A stretch of DNA of 64,000 nucleotides, from positions 81,964,001 through 82,028,000 of the forward strand of contig NC_082721.1 of assembly GCF_030144855.1 (NCBI RefSeq). Reading direction: 5' to 3'. This DNA is from Hypanus sabinus (lineage: Eukaryota). Below are positions 26,914 to 39,000 of this stretch, piece after piece. The notes beneath the pieces were generated by a model, which was not told where the DNA came from, did not search any database, and saw only the letters and a list, made by a program, of their open reading frames with translations. Numbering within the stretch: position 1 is the stretch's first letter; each line of letters starts with the position of its first letter. A program made the position numbers and the translations under genes.

Positions 26914-29900
26914 ATGGCGGACCCACGGAGACCGAACAAGATCTTGCGGTAGGGGAGAGTTGGGTGTATATATAGAGAGAGAAAGAGCCGGGTGTTTGGG
27001 GTCCGGTGGGAAGGGAACTGGAGAGAATGGACTGTGTAGGGGTGCGGACAACTGGGTTCTCGGGTCCGGGAGTAAGGGTAGTGTCGGGTGTACGGGGTCA
27101 AGGCGAGAGAGCAGAACGTTTAGAGTCAAGGATGAGACGGCGATGGGGTTATACACCCTCACCCCCCCCCCTCCGAAGTAGGGAGCACAAAGGCACTTGG
27201 ACAATTGGGAAAAGTCAGCGTGGATACATGGGAACGAAGCTGAGGGTGTGGAGAAATGCAGAGAGAAACAGGCCCACCGATCGTCCTCTCCCAGAGTTTT
27301 AGTACTCACCTGGCCTCTAGGAGTGACGATTTATCAGTGGGTTTGCTTAATCCTGGCAAAATATGGATTTGGAGTGCCACCTACTCCAGTACAATGTCGG
27401 ATTTGTATCTCCTGACAACATAGGACGCCTTTTGGCTCATCAAATCTGCTGCTTCTGAGAGCAATCCTATTCTCCCACTTATTTCCCTGCAACCTATGCA
27501 CGTCAATTCACCCCCTCTTCAAAACTCCAGACCCCTACCTGCGCTGGGGGGCAATTTAAGGCTGTGAGGTAACCCACGAATTTACATGGAGGTGGGAGAA
27601 ATCCATGTGGTAACAGGAAGAACATGCGAACTCGAGACTGACAACGCAAAAGCTCAAATCGTGGAAAGTGAGGCAGTAGCACTACAGCTGCATCAACTTG
27701 CTTGAGAAACGTGTGTTTTACGAAGAGATGCAGTGCAGAATAGATCCTTCCAGCATTTTGAGCCACACCGCCCAGCAACTCTGCTTTAACCCTAACCCAA
27801 TCATGAGACAATTTACCTACCTACCTGGTACGTCTTTAAACTGTGGAAGGAGACCGGATCACCCGGGAAAAACCCATGCCTTCCACAGGGAGGACGCCGG
27901 GATCGAACTCCGATGTCCCGAGCTGTAATAGTGTCTCACTGACTGCTATGCTGTCCTAGCACTTTCTGAGATTCGATCTAAAAGATACTACCTGTAGGCC
28001 TGGGCAAGCCAACTGCTGAGGTGTTCCTGGATTTCCAGTAGGTCTTCTGCAAAGAGCCATTCTCAGGATTATTAAGCATAATAAGAGTACATTGGATTGA
28101 GGAGGGAATCCTTCCACGGACTGAGAATTGACTAAAAGATGGTAAACAAAAAGGTCTTTTTTTATCAACAACAACAACAACAACACAAAATGCTGGTGGA
28201 ACACAGCAGGCCAGGCAGCATCTATAGGGAGAAGCGCTATCGACGTTTTGGGCTGAGACCCTTCGTCAGGACTTTTTTATGTTTGTTTATTGAGATTCAG
28301 TGTGGAACAGGCCCTTTGGGCCGCACTGCACAGCAGTCCCTGATTTAACCCTAGCTGAATCACGGGACAATTTACAAAGACCAATTGGTACATCTTTGGC
28401 CTGTGAGAGAAAAGTGGAGCACCCGGGGAGAAACCCACACTGTCACAGGGAGAACGTGCAAACTCCTTACAGACAGCGGCAAGCATTGAGCCCGGGTTGC
28501 AGGTACTGTAAAGCGTTGTGCTAACTACTATGCTACTCTGCCATCCTATTACACCTAGATTGCAGTATGTTGGGATCTGTGTCTATATAAATATATATAT
28601 ATATCTTTATAGACAGGCTAAGTGAATGGTGTGGATTTCACAGGTGGGATATAATGTAGCACAGGATAGGGTCATTCATTTGAGGTTGAAAAATGATACA
28701 GCCACTTGTTAAAGTTGAACAAGTATTTGATAGTTTGTAGGCATGGGATTCTGCAGATTCTGGAATCTGGAGCAACACACAAAAGTTCAAAGTAAAATTT
28801 ATTATCAGAGTACACACATGTCACCACACACAACGTGAGATTCGTTTTCTGCGGGCATACTTAGCAACAAATCTACAGAACAGTAACTGTAAACAGGATC
28901 AGTGGACAACAAACTGCAAATGCAGATATAAATAAATAACAATAAATAATGAACGTGAAATAGCGAGATAAAATAGTCCTTAAATGAATGTAACTATCCC
29001 CTTTTGTTCAAGAGTCTGATGGTTGAGGGGTAATAACTGTTCTTGAACCAGGTGGTGTGAGTCCTGAGGCTCTTGTACCTTCAACCTGATGGCAGGAGTG
29101 AGAGAAGAGCATGGCCTGGGTGGTGAGGATCTTTGATGGATGTTTCATGTAGATGTACTCAATGGTTGGGAGGTTTTTACCCATGATGTACTGGGCCAAA
29201 TTCACTACCTTTTGTAGGATTTTCCATTCAAAGGCATTGGTGTTCCCATAATGCAGCTAGTGAGTACACTTGCCACCACACATCTGTAGAAGTTTGCCAA
29301 GGTTTTTGATGACACGTCGAACCTCCAGAGTCATCTGAGGAAGTAGTGATGCTGTTGTGCTTTCTTCGCAATTTTATTAATATGACGAGTCTAGGACAGG
29401 TCCTCTGAGATAGTGACACCCAGGAATTTGAAGTCACAAAAAAGTAGAGGAACTCAGTAGGTCAGGCAGCATTTATGAAGGGAAATGGACTGTCAGCATT
29501 TCAGTTTGAGAATCTTCATCTGGACTGAAACATAGGGATGAGTAACCAGTACGAAAATTTAGAACTGAGATGAAAAGATATTTCCTACTTCAGTGAATTG
29601 TGGATCTTTGGAATTCTCTGCTTCAGAGAACTGGATGTTTTGATATTACATTAATTCCTGTTTGAAATTGGTAGTTTTTTAGACATTTGAGGGAATTGGA
29701 TGGCATGGGATCAGGCGGGAAGGGTTTAGCCCTGAACTTTAGGAATGGTGGAGTGGGCTTGGTGGCGGGTGCTGAATGGCTGTCACTTGCTTCTAACAAT
29801 TCTGCTTTCTTGCAGGTACAAGCCGCCCGCCAGTGACAATAATCCAACGCTGGAGGACCCGACGCCCGATTACATGAACCTGCTGGGCATGATCTTCAGT

Positions 29901-32275
29901 ATGTGTGGGCTGATGTTGAAGGTACTCACATCCCTTGTCCTGCTCTTCCTCCCCCTTTCCCTAAATGGGCTCATTGTTCCTGAGCACCTCCCTGTGGAGA
30001 GGCCATGTAGTAAGCGACTCCCTGTGTACGGTGTAAGGCAAGTCAACTCATTGCTGCCTTCATAGACAGTTCCAGAACAGAGGATTTAGCTGTTTTTTTT
30101 CCTAATCTCCTAATCAAACCTGGCATCATTTGGGTCTGGGGTGGGTTTTTTTAAACACTGGTTTGGGATTGAGTGTGTGATGTGTAGTGTGTCCTGTCTC
30201 TAATGGCCGTCTCCTCCTTTCCCAGTTGAAATGCTGTGCTTGGATTGCCGTGTACTGCTCTTTCATCAGCTTCGCTAACTCCCGCAGCTCGGAAGACACC
30301 AAGCAAATGATGAGCAGTTTCATGTGAGTGAAACCCATTATTTTTAAACACATCAGAATCAAGTTTAATATCACCAGTTTACGTCGTGAAAATTGTTAAC
30401 TCTGGGACAGCAGTACAATGCAAAACATGAAAAATAAAAGAGAAAAACTGTTACTTTCAGTAAATTTATATATATATATATATAAGATAGTTAAACAAAT
30501 AGTGCAAAAATAGAAAATAAAAAGTGTGGTAGTGCTCATGGGTTCAATGCCCATTCAGAATTTGATGGCAAAGGACAAGAAGCTGTTCTTGAATCATTAA
30601 GTGAGTGCCTTCAGGCAATGAGTAGAGGGCATGTCCTGGGCACATTAATGGCACAGTGGTAGAGGTGATCCCTCACAGAGCCAGAGACCCAGTTCAATCC
30701 AGAACTCTAGATATCTCTGTGTAGAGTTTCCACGTTCTCCCTGTGACTGGGTGCGTTTCCCCCCGCCTCTCAAAGTCATGTGGGTTAGTAGGCGGCTATA
30801 AGTTGCTCTGAATCAGCAGGTGAATGATAGAGCGTTGGGGAAGTTGAGGAAAATGTGGGGAAATAGAAGTGAATTGATGTAGGATTAGGTTCCTAATAAA
30901 GTGGCCACTGGGTGTATTTCTGTTATGCTCACAGTCTTCTGTTGCTGCAGCCAAGGTTTGACGAGTTGGGTGTTCAGAGATACTCTTCTGCACACATCCT
31001 GTCTGCTTGAACCGATCTGGCCATTCTCCTCTGACCTCTTGCATTAATAAGGCAGGTTTGCCCCCGTAACTGCCACTCACTAGATGTTTTTAGTTTTTCT
31101 GCACCATTCTGTTTAAACTTTATTGACTGTTATGTGTGAAGATCTCAGGTGGTCAGCAGTTTCTGAGATACTCAAACCACCTCATCTGGGACCAGCGATC
31201 ATTCCACAGTCAAAGTCAGTTAGATCACATTTCTCCCCCATTCTGCCGTTTGGTCTGAACAACATCTGAATCTCCCATTGAGATGCTGCCACATGATTAG
31301 CTGATTCGATATGAACAGATGTTGTGGTTTTTCGTGCCTCACAAATGACCAGGAGACACAGAAGATTCTTCAAGAAGGGTTAAACTTTAATTTGCAAATC
31401 AAAGCTTAGACAGTCTTTGAGCTAGTCGCTGATTGCCCACGGCATTTTTTATAGCAATCTCCGTCCAGTTGTATTAGCATATGTAATCGATCTATAGTTG
31501 CGTATTACACGTACTACACGTACATCATGTCCCTATTGTTCCTATCAATTGGCTTAATCATGTTCTAATCTACACCTCTTAGCTACCTCTCATTAACATA
31601 CCATTGTCTTCTACATTTTTAAGACTTCAGTCTCCTACCAAATTGGGTACATGCATAGCAAATAATAAACTCAGAACTGAGCAATGTTTTAATCTACATT
31701 TCTTTAGCTCTTTAGCTACCTCTCATTAACGCACCATTGTCTTCTACATTCCTAAGATTTCATTCTACTAAATTGAGTACATGCATAGCAAACTGACTAC
31801 ATAGTTTTGGTTACACAGCAAATGATACAAGTTTTATACTCCATAATATTTTTATACTCCAATACAGACACACCGGTGTCAGAATGAAGTGGACACCGAG
31901 TGCAGTTTGGGACAGACTTACTGAGCTGTAGAGCCTGAGTCTCTGAATTTATCATATCAGGACAACATACAGATGTTGAAGAATTTTTGAAGCGCAGACA
32001 ATGTTATCTCCTCCAAAGGACAGTATGCTGCTCCCTAGCTAAGTTGATAAATGCCATTTTGTAGCGGGACTTGAACAGGGAAGGTTGGGAAATGTAAAAA
32101 GATCTCAGTGGTGAAGTGATTAGTTGTTAGGCAGTCAAAGGGGGCTGGGTAGCTGTGCGATTTGATTTGTATAAGCACCTCACCAAGTCCCTTCTGTCTG
32201 GTTTGCAGGTTATCGATTTCAGCTGTGGTGATGTCGTACCTTCAGAACCCACAGCCCATGTCACCGCCGTGGTAA
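26914..32275 (+). CDS. WDR83OS: WDR83 opposite strand protein (Asterix, PAT complex subunit): join(26914..26948,29816..29921,30226..30323,32209..32275), 101 aa
   Basis: [101 protein letters not shown], nearly identical to vertebrate Asterix. GT-AG introns; AATAAA at 32563. Confidence 0.97.
31320..31864 (-). mobile_element. Solo LTR (545 bp) inserted in a Tc1-like MITE within WDR83OS intron 3
   Basis: TGTTG...CAATA termini; CAGA direct repeats at 31316-19 and 31865-68; minus-strand TATAAA (about 31450) followed by ATTAAA (about 31388); internal duplication of about 100 bp (31567-31662 and 31691-31792). Confidence 0.65.
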
Positions 32276-32760
32276 AAGGTTTTGCCACATTCGCATCTGG
32301 TAATGCACACGGAAGGGAATATTGTAAATCCAGTCCTTCCCCACCCTCCTCCTCAATGCAGGAACTCGCCTCCCTCCCCTGCCCTATCACTAGGGCAAAC
32401 ATTAATGCCAAGGGTACAGGATGCTCATCATTCCAATGCCAGCCTTCTTCCTCCTGAGTTCTGGTGGCAATGCTAGCCCTGACTTCCAAGTGAGGAAGCA
32501 TTGTTGAGTTGTGCAGTGGGCACATTACAGTAATGTTTGTCACAGCACTAATCGGTGGTTTGAATAAAGTCTAACTTATTTCTCAAATAGAACTTCTTGG
32601 TTGCTAATGTTTTAATCATAACTGTGAAATGTGTGGATCCCTTATCACTTGGTAAGACATTAAGATCTTACTGCCATCATATCTTATTGCTTGGAATTGG
32701 TAGGAGTAGGGGGTCACACTTTAGTTGTGATCTTGGAGGAGTTTTGGTGACAAAGGTGAG

Positions 32761-33005
32761 GGTGGCATGATAGCGTAGTGGTTAGCACAACGCTTTACAG
32801 TGCAGGCATCCTGGGTTCAATTCCTGCCGCTACCTGTAAGGAGTTTGTATGTTCTCCCAGTGTCCTTGTGGGTTTCCTCCCACAGTCTGATTGGTAGGTT
32901 AATTTTTCATTGTAAATTGTCCTGTAATTGGGCTAGGGTTAAATTGGGGAATTGCAGTTTGAAGGGCTACTGATACCATGTGGTATCTCAATAACTCAGT
33001 CAATA
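32761..33005 (+). mobile_element. tRNA-derived V-SINE (HE1-like); other copies at about 4650-4915(+), 6290-6560(-), 27725-27955(-), 28280-28545(-), 30645-30800(+), 33780-33990(+), 50990-51225(+) and 53735-53990(-)
   Basis: Pol III A box (TAGCGTAGTGG) and B box (GGTTCAATTCC), followed by the GTGGGTTTCCTCC..CCCACA core shared among copies; no complete cloverleaf. Confidence 0.75.
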
Positions 33006-33223
33006 AATTTGACCGGGGACGGGTGTAGTCTGCAGAAGGGCGTTGGAACTGTGATACTGTATCAGGTTGTATTGATGGTTGCTGTGTCTGTGTACAGACC
33101 ACTGAGGCCCATTGAACTACTGTACAACCATGCAAAAAATCAGAATCAGTATTAATATCACTGGCAAAGGTCATGAAATTTGTTGTCTTTGCATTATAGA
33201 AAAATACCAAACTACTGTGCGTG

Positions 33224-33226
<3 letters not shown>

Positions 33227-33309
<83 letters not shown>
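33227..33309. repeat. (AC)n microsatellite, about 41 units
   Basis: Perfect dinucleotide run. Confidence 0.98.
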
Positions 33310-33311
<2 letters not shown>

Positions 33312-35924
33312 ATAGTTAAATAAAATTAGTGCAAAAACAGAAATAAAGAAAAGTAGTGAGGTAGTGTTCATGGGTTCAATGTCCATTCAGTAATCTGATG
33401 ACAGAGGGAAAGAAGTTGTGTGGGATTTGCCTTCAGGTTTCTGTACCTCCCTCCTGATGGTAGCAATGAGAGGAGGGCATGACCTGGGTGGTGGGGGTCC
33501 ATAATGAAGGGTGCCGCCCTTTTTAAGGCATCGCCCAATGGGCATTGCTGAATGTTCCCAAGTTTATAGCTAGTGTAATGGAACAATATCACTGACCAGG
33601 CTGTTCATTGTTCTTGAACCGTGACATCCATTACCATTGGAGTGTGTAGAACTCGGACTGTCAGCTTCAGCAAGTTCCATGTATTTTATAGCTCTTCATT
33701 TCAGTAGACTGTGCTGAGGTGCCTCATTGGAGTGTCACAGCATGGCCCGCGGAATCCAGGCCGGCCATCAAGCACCCGGTCAGCACAGTGGCAGAGCTGG
33801 TGGAGCTGTCACCTCATATCCTACCTGCTTCACGCAGTCTGGGTTCAATGCTGATCTAAAGCACTGTCTGTGTAGAGTTTGCACGTTCTCCTGCGTGGCA
33901 TTGACCTGCTGCTCTGATTTTCTCTCACTTTCTAATGACTTTCTGGCAGTTTCAATTGACACGGTAATTTGCCTGAATATGCCGGTGGGTAGCATAGATT
34001 CATAGAGCAATACAGCACAGATACAGGGCCTACAGCCAAATGAATCCATGCTGACTACATTGTCCATTTAGTCATTTTCCTGTGTTTAGCCCATATCCCT
34101 CTCTTGTATAGGCCACTCCTATACAAGTGCATTGTAAACAATATTGTTGTACCTGCCTCAACCACTTCCTCTGGCAGCTCATTCCAAGTACTGACCACAG
34201 TCTGCCCCTCAGGCCCCCATTATATGTCCCCTCTCACCCAAAATCTATGCCCTCTAACTTTGGATTCCTCTACCCAGGGAAAAAGAGAGTTATCATCCAC
34301 CTTATCTATGCCTCTCCTGATTTTGAAAACCCGTATGAGGTCGTTCCTCATTCTCCTACATTGCAAGGAATAAAGAGCAAGCCTGGCCAATACCTGGTAA
34401 TATTCCCATAAATCTTTTCTGCACTCTTTACAATTTAACCATGTCTTTCCCGTAAGAGTGACCAAACTTGACAAAGTTTGCAGTTACTGGAAATCCAAAG
34501 CAACACATACAAGATGCTGGAGGAACTCAGTAGGTCGGGCTGCATCTATGGAAAAGAATAAACACTTCTTCGGGACTGAGAAGGAAGGGGAAAGATGCCA
34601 TAATAAAAAGTGGGTGGGGGAGGGGGAAGAGGCTAGCTGGAAGGCGATTGGTGGGTCAAGCTAAGTGGGTGGGAAAGGTCAAGGGCTGGAGAAGAAATAA
34701 TCTGATAGTGGCCAATAGGAGAAAGGGACTGGGGGAAGTAATAGGCAGGTGAGAAGAAATATCAGAGTGAGGAATAGAGGAAGGGGTTGGGGGGTATTTG
34801 TTCACTGGTGGGAGAAATTGATATTCTCAAATTGATATCATGCCATCAGGTTGGAGGCTACCCGGATGGAAGACAAGGGAATACACACAATGTGCTGGAA
34901 GATCTCAGCAGGCCAGGCAGTATCTATGGATGGGAGTAAACAGTTGACATTTTGGGCCAAGACCCTTCAGGACTCATCCAGTACGGGATGTTAGCAGAGA
35001 AAGGAGGTGTGACTGAGGGTAACGAAGAGAGGCTTCTTAATACTTTGAACTATGAGAGCAATGGTCCACTGCTCACGGTGACTGGTCATCAATCCATGAT
35101 CAAAGTGAACCACAGCTGCATTATCCCAGCCCGAGCAGGTGATTGTTTTTGTGGGAGTGTGATCTGATTAATACTTGTGTTGTCAGACTTCTGGATGTGC
35201 AAGCACAACGATCCTGGCTAGTTCTCCAAAATTGTGAGTTGGCTGCAATGTCAGTCATAGTGAGAGCCAGTCTATTGCTAATCACATGGGGATATTATGA
35301 GGGATAATGTAAAAAGGTCTACTTTTTCCTTTGTAGGACAGACAAAGGATTTAACTGAACCACCAATACATTCCTTGTGGCCTCATCTAGAACACACCTT
35401 TATTCCAACTGTGGTCACCACTGATTTTAATCTACCCTTCCAGTTTTTTAAAGACTCTTCACTGCCTCATTGGTGCAATGGACAGGAATCATCAATTTCC
35501 CCTCTTGATGAGAGGAAACTGCTCCCCATCTTCCTGTTATCTATCATTCTCTCTCGCCTCCCCAGCCCCATCCTATCATCTATTTGGTTCTCCCTCCTAG
35601 TCAGCCTTCTCCCAAACCTGCCTCCTATTTCCTTACATGGTTACAGATCCCCGCTTCTGCTTGATCTTCTCCCAGTGTTTTCAGGTATGCAGCTGTCCTT
35701 GGCTGTTGGTATCTAATCGCAACTTCGACGCTGTGTGTGGAGTTTGCATATTCTACTCAAGGTTACACTATTTTGTAAATTGCCCCGTGTAGGTGAGTGA
35801 GAGGATGAAGTAAGTTGATATTTCAGGAAGGATAGGAAACGGAAGTTAGTGGGGTGGTGAAGCTGATGGGCTTGCCCTTAGAACCAGCATGAAATTAATG
35901 GGCTGAATGGCCGATGTCCTGCGG

Positions 35925-35990
35925 TGGGACGTCAAGGTCGCGCATGCGCCTTGCTGACAGTGCGCAGCGTGCCGATGGCGGCCACTTGAG
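35925..35990 (+). promoter_or_regulatory. ALKBH7 CpG-island promoter with perfect NRF1 palindrome, CRE-like and YY1-like sites
   Basis: GCGCATGCGC at 35940-35949; GACGTCA at about 35928; GATGGCGGCC at 35974; CpG-rich over about 35900-36370. An NRF1 site fits a nuclear-encoded mitochondrial protein. Confidence 0.65.
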
Positions 35991-36011
35991 CTCGGTGCCG
36001 TCGGTCTGTTT

Positions 36012-39000
36012 ATGGGTCTGAGCGGTCAGTGTGCGCGGATCCTGGGACGGTGCAAGGCGCTGACCCCGCAGCAGCCTCTGCTCGACCCCCGCAGGCCCCA
36101 TGGAGCCCCAGGCTTGCAGCTGATGCTGGGCTCCAGCCCCGCGCTGCTCCGCCGGTTATCCCGGGACATAGAGCTGCGGCCCGACTTCCTGAGCCCGGCC
36201 GAGGAGACGGCCCTGCTGCAGGAGCTGGAGCGGGAGCCGCGGCTGAGGCGGCAGCGCTACCAGCGGGACCACTGGGACCAGGTAGGCCGCAGGGACCGGA
36301 GCGACGAGGAAAGCAGCGTCTGTCGAGTGGAAACTGACAGCGACTGAAACAGCCAGCGGTCTCACGGCGGGAGAGGTGTTGTAATGAGGGGCAAAGGTGA
36401 TCAGTGTTCAGGAATGATGGTTGAGGGTTAAATATAAACATGAGAAAGCCTGCAGATGCTGGAAGTTCAGGGAACAGACACATAATATGCTGGAGGAACT
36501 CAGCAGGTCACGCAGCATCTATAGAAATGAATCTTCAGACCTCTTCTATTCCCCACTTTACTTCTTCTCACCTGCCTTTTATTTCCTGGGTCCCGTTCTT
36601 CTGTGGTCCACTCTCCTCTCCAATCAGAGTCCTCTTACTCAAGCTCTTGACCTTTCCCAGCCATCTGGCTTCATCTATCACCTTTCAGCTAGCCTCCTTT
36701 TTCCCCCACCCCCTTTTTATTCTGGTGGTCTTCCCTTTCCTCATTCCTGAAGAGGGTCTCTGCCTGAAACGTTGACTTCGTTTCCATAGTTCCTCCAGCA
36801 TTTTCTGGGAGTTAAATAAGGTCAACCTCTTCCCACATAAGTCAGCAGATGGGACCTACATCGAAAATTAAGCACACAGCCACGCAGCCCAGAAATGCTC
36901 TGTCAGTCTGCACTAATGCCACTGGCCCGGGTTAAGTCCATATCCTCCTATGCCAAAGTAAATGTATTTTCAAAGTTTGTATATGACACCATATACAGCC
37001 CTGAGATTCATTTTCTTGTGGGCATACTCAGCAAATCCGTAGAATAGTAACCGTAACAAGATCACTGAAAGATCAACCAGAGTGCAGAAAGCAAATAAAA
37101 ACTCTGCAAATGCAAATATAAATAAATTGCAATAAATAAAGAGAAAGAGTCCTTGAAAGTGAGATAATTGGTTGTGGGAATATTTTGATGATGGGACAAG
37201 TGAAGTTGAGGGTAGTTATCCCCTTTTATTCAAGAGCCTGGTGGTTGAGGAGCAGTAACTGTTCCTGCATCTGGTAGTGTGAGTCCTGAGGCTCTTATAC
37301 CTGATGACAGCAGCAAGAAGAGAGCATGGTCTGGGGTGTGGGGGATCTCTGATGATGGATGCTGCTTTCCTATGACAGCGTTTCATGTAGGTGTGCTCAG
37401 TGGCCGTGCCAATTCAGATGTCTCTTAAATTGACACCAACTCCTTTGTTTACACATTCTAGATATGAACAGATTCTATGTGTAAAAGAATCTTTCTCATG
37501 GTTGACACAGTACAGCTGCTTTTTATTACTATTCTATCATGTCCATAGTGTTTGTACTCTACACGGGGTCCTCATTGTTCATCCTGCACAAGCTCAGCCA
37601 TAATTTTAGAAACCTTAATTAAATCTCCCTCTTATTTTCCTTTCCTTCCACAGGAAACAACCCCAGCCTGGCAAATCTCATCGTAAATATGTTTTTCTGG
37701 CACTTAAGATTATCATATGGAACATAGAACAGTACAGCGCACGAACGGGCCATGCAGCCCACAATGTTGTGCTGACCAGCTAAAAAGCAAACCAAAAACG
37801 TCCAAACTCTTGTCCTTCATACCTACACAATGTCCATATCCCCTATCTTCCTTACATCCATGTGCCTATCCAAACATCTCTTAAAAGCCTCTGATGTATT
37901 TGGCTCTACCACCCTACCAGGCAGTGCATTCCAGGCATCCACCACTCTCTGAGTAAAAAAAAACTTGCCCCTCACATACCTCTTTGAACCTACCCCTTCT
38001 CGTCTTCAATGCCTGCCTCTGGTATTAGAATTTTTTACTTGGGGAGCAGATACTCCCTGCCTACTTTCTCTATCCCTCACATAATCTGATAAACCTCCAT
38101 CAGATTTCCCCTCAGCCTCTGCCTCTTCAAAGAAAACAAACCAAGTTTGTCCAGCATCTCACGATAGCACGTCCCCTCTAAAGCAGGCAGCATCCTGGTA
38201 AACCTCTCTTCACCTTCTTCAAGCCTCAACATCCATCCTATAGAGGGGCAACCAGAACTATGCGCAATACTCCATATGTGGTCTAACTGGAGTTTTATAA
38301 AGTTGAACTCAGTGCCTCAACTAATAAAAGCAAGCATTCCATAAGCCTTCTTAACCACGTTATTGACCTGTGTAGCTGCATTCAAGAAGCTATGAATTTG
38401 TATGCCAAGATCTCTCTGCTCAGCAACACTGTTAAAGATCTTGCATTAACAGTGTACTGTCTCCTTGCATTTGTCCTACCAAGGTGCAACACCTCACATT
38501 TATCTGGGTTAAAGTCCATCTGCCATTTCGCTGCCCATATCTGCAACTGACTTACATTGTACTGCATTTGTTCAGGCTTCTGCACTATCCACAACTCCAC
38601 CGATCTTGGTTATCATCCACAAACTTACTAACCCACCCATCTACATTTTCATCCAGGTCATTTATATACATCACAAATAGCAGAGGTCCCAGCACAGATC
38701 CCCGTGGAACACCACTAACTACAAACGTCCAGCTCGAATAAGTCCCTTCAACCACTCCCAGCTCTGAATCCAAACAGCCATTTTGTCACAAATCCCTTGC
38801 ACCTTAATCTTCTGGATTTACGTCCCATGAGGGACTTTGTCAAACACATAACTAAAATCCACATAGACAACATCAACTGCCGTACACTCATCAATCTCTT
38901 TCGTCACCTTGTCAAAAAAGCTCAATCAAAATTGTAAGACGTGATCTTCCCCCACACAAAGCCATGCTAGCTCTCCCTAATTATGCCATGGATTTCCAAA

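Noticed and set aside
32761-32835. tRNA-like sequence with A and B boxes
   Set aside because: It runs directly into a multi-copy SINE core and tail and has no proper acceptor stem, so it is a SINE head rather than a tRNA gene.
32899-33386. ORFs with poly-CV / poly-TH runs
   Set aside because: These are translations of the (AC)n microsatellite.
36010-36483. Long Ala/Pro/Gly-rich ORFs overlapping ALKBH7 exon 1 in other frames and on the other strand
   Set aside because: Stop-codon scarcity is expected in a GC-rich CpG island; only the 36012 frame matches a known protein.
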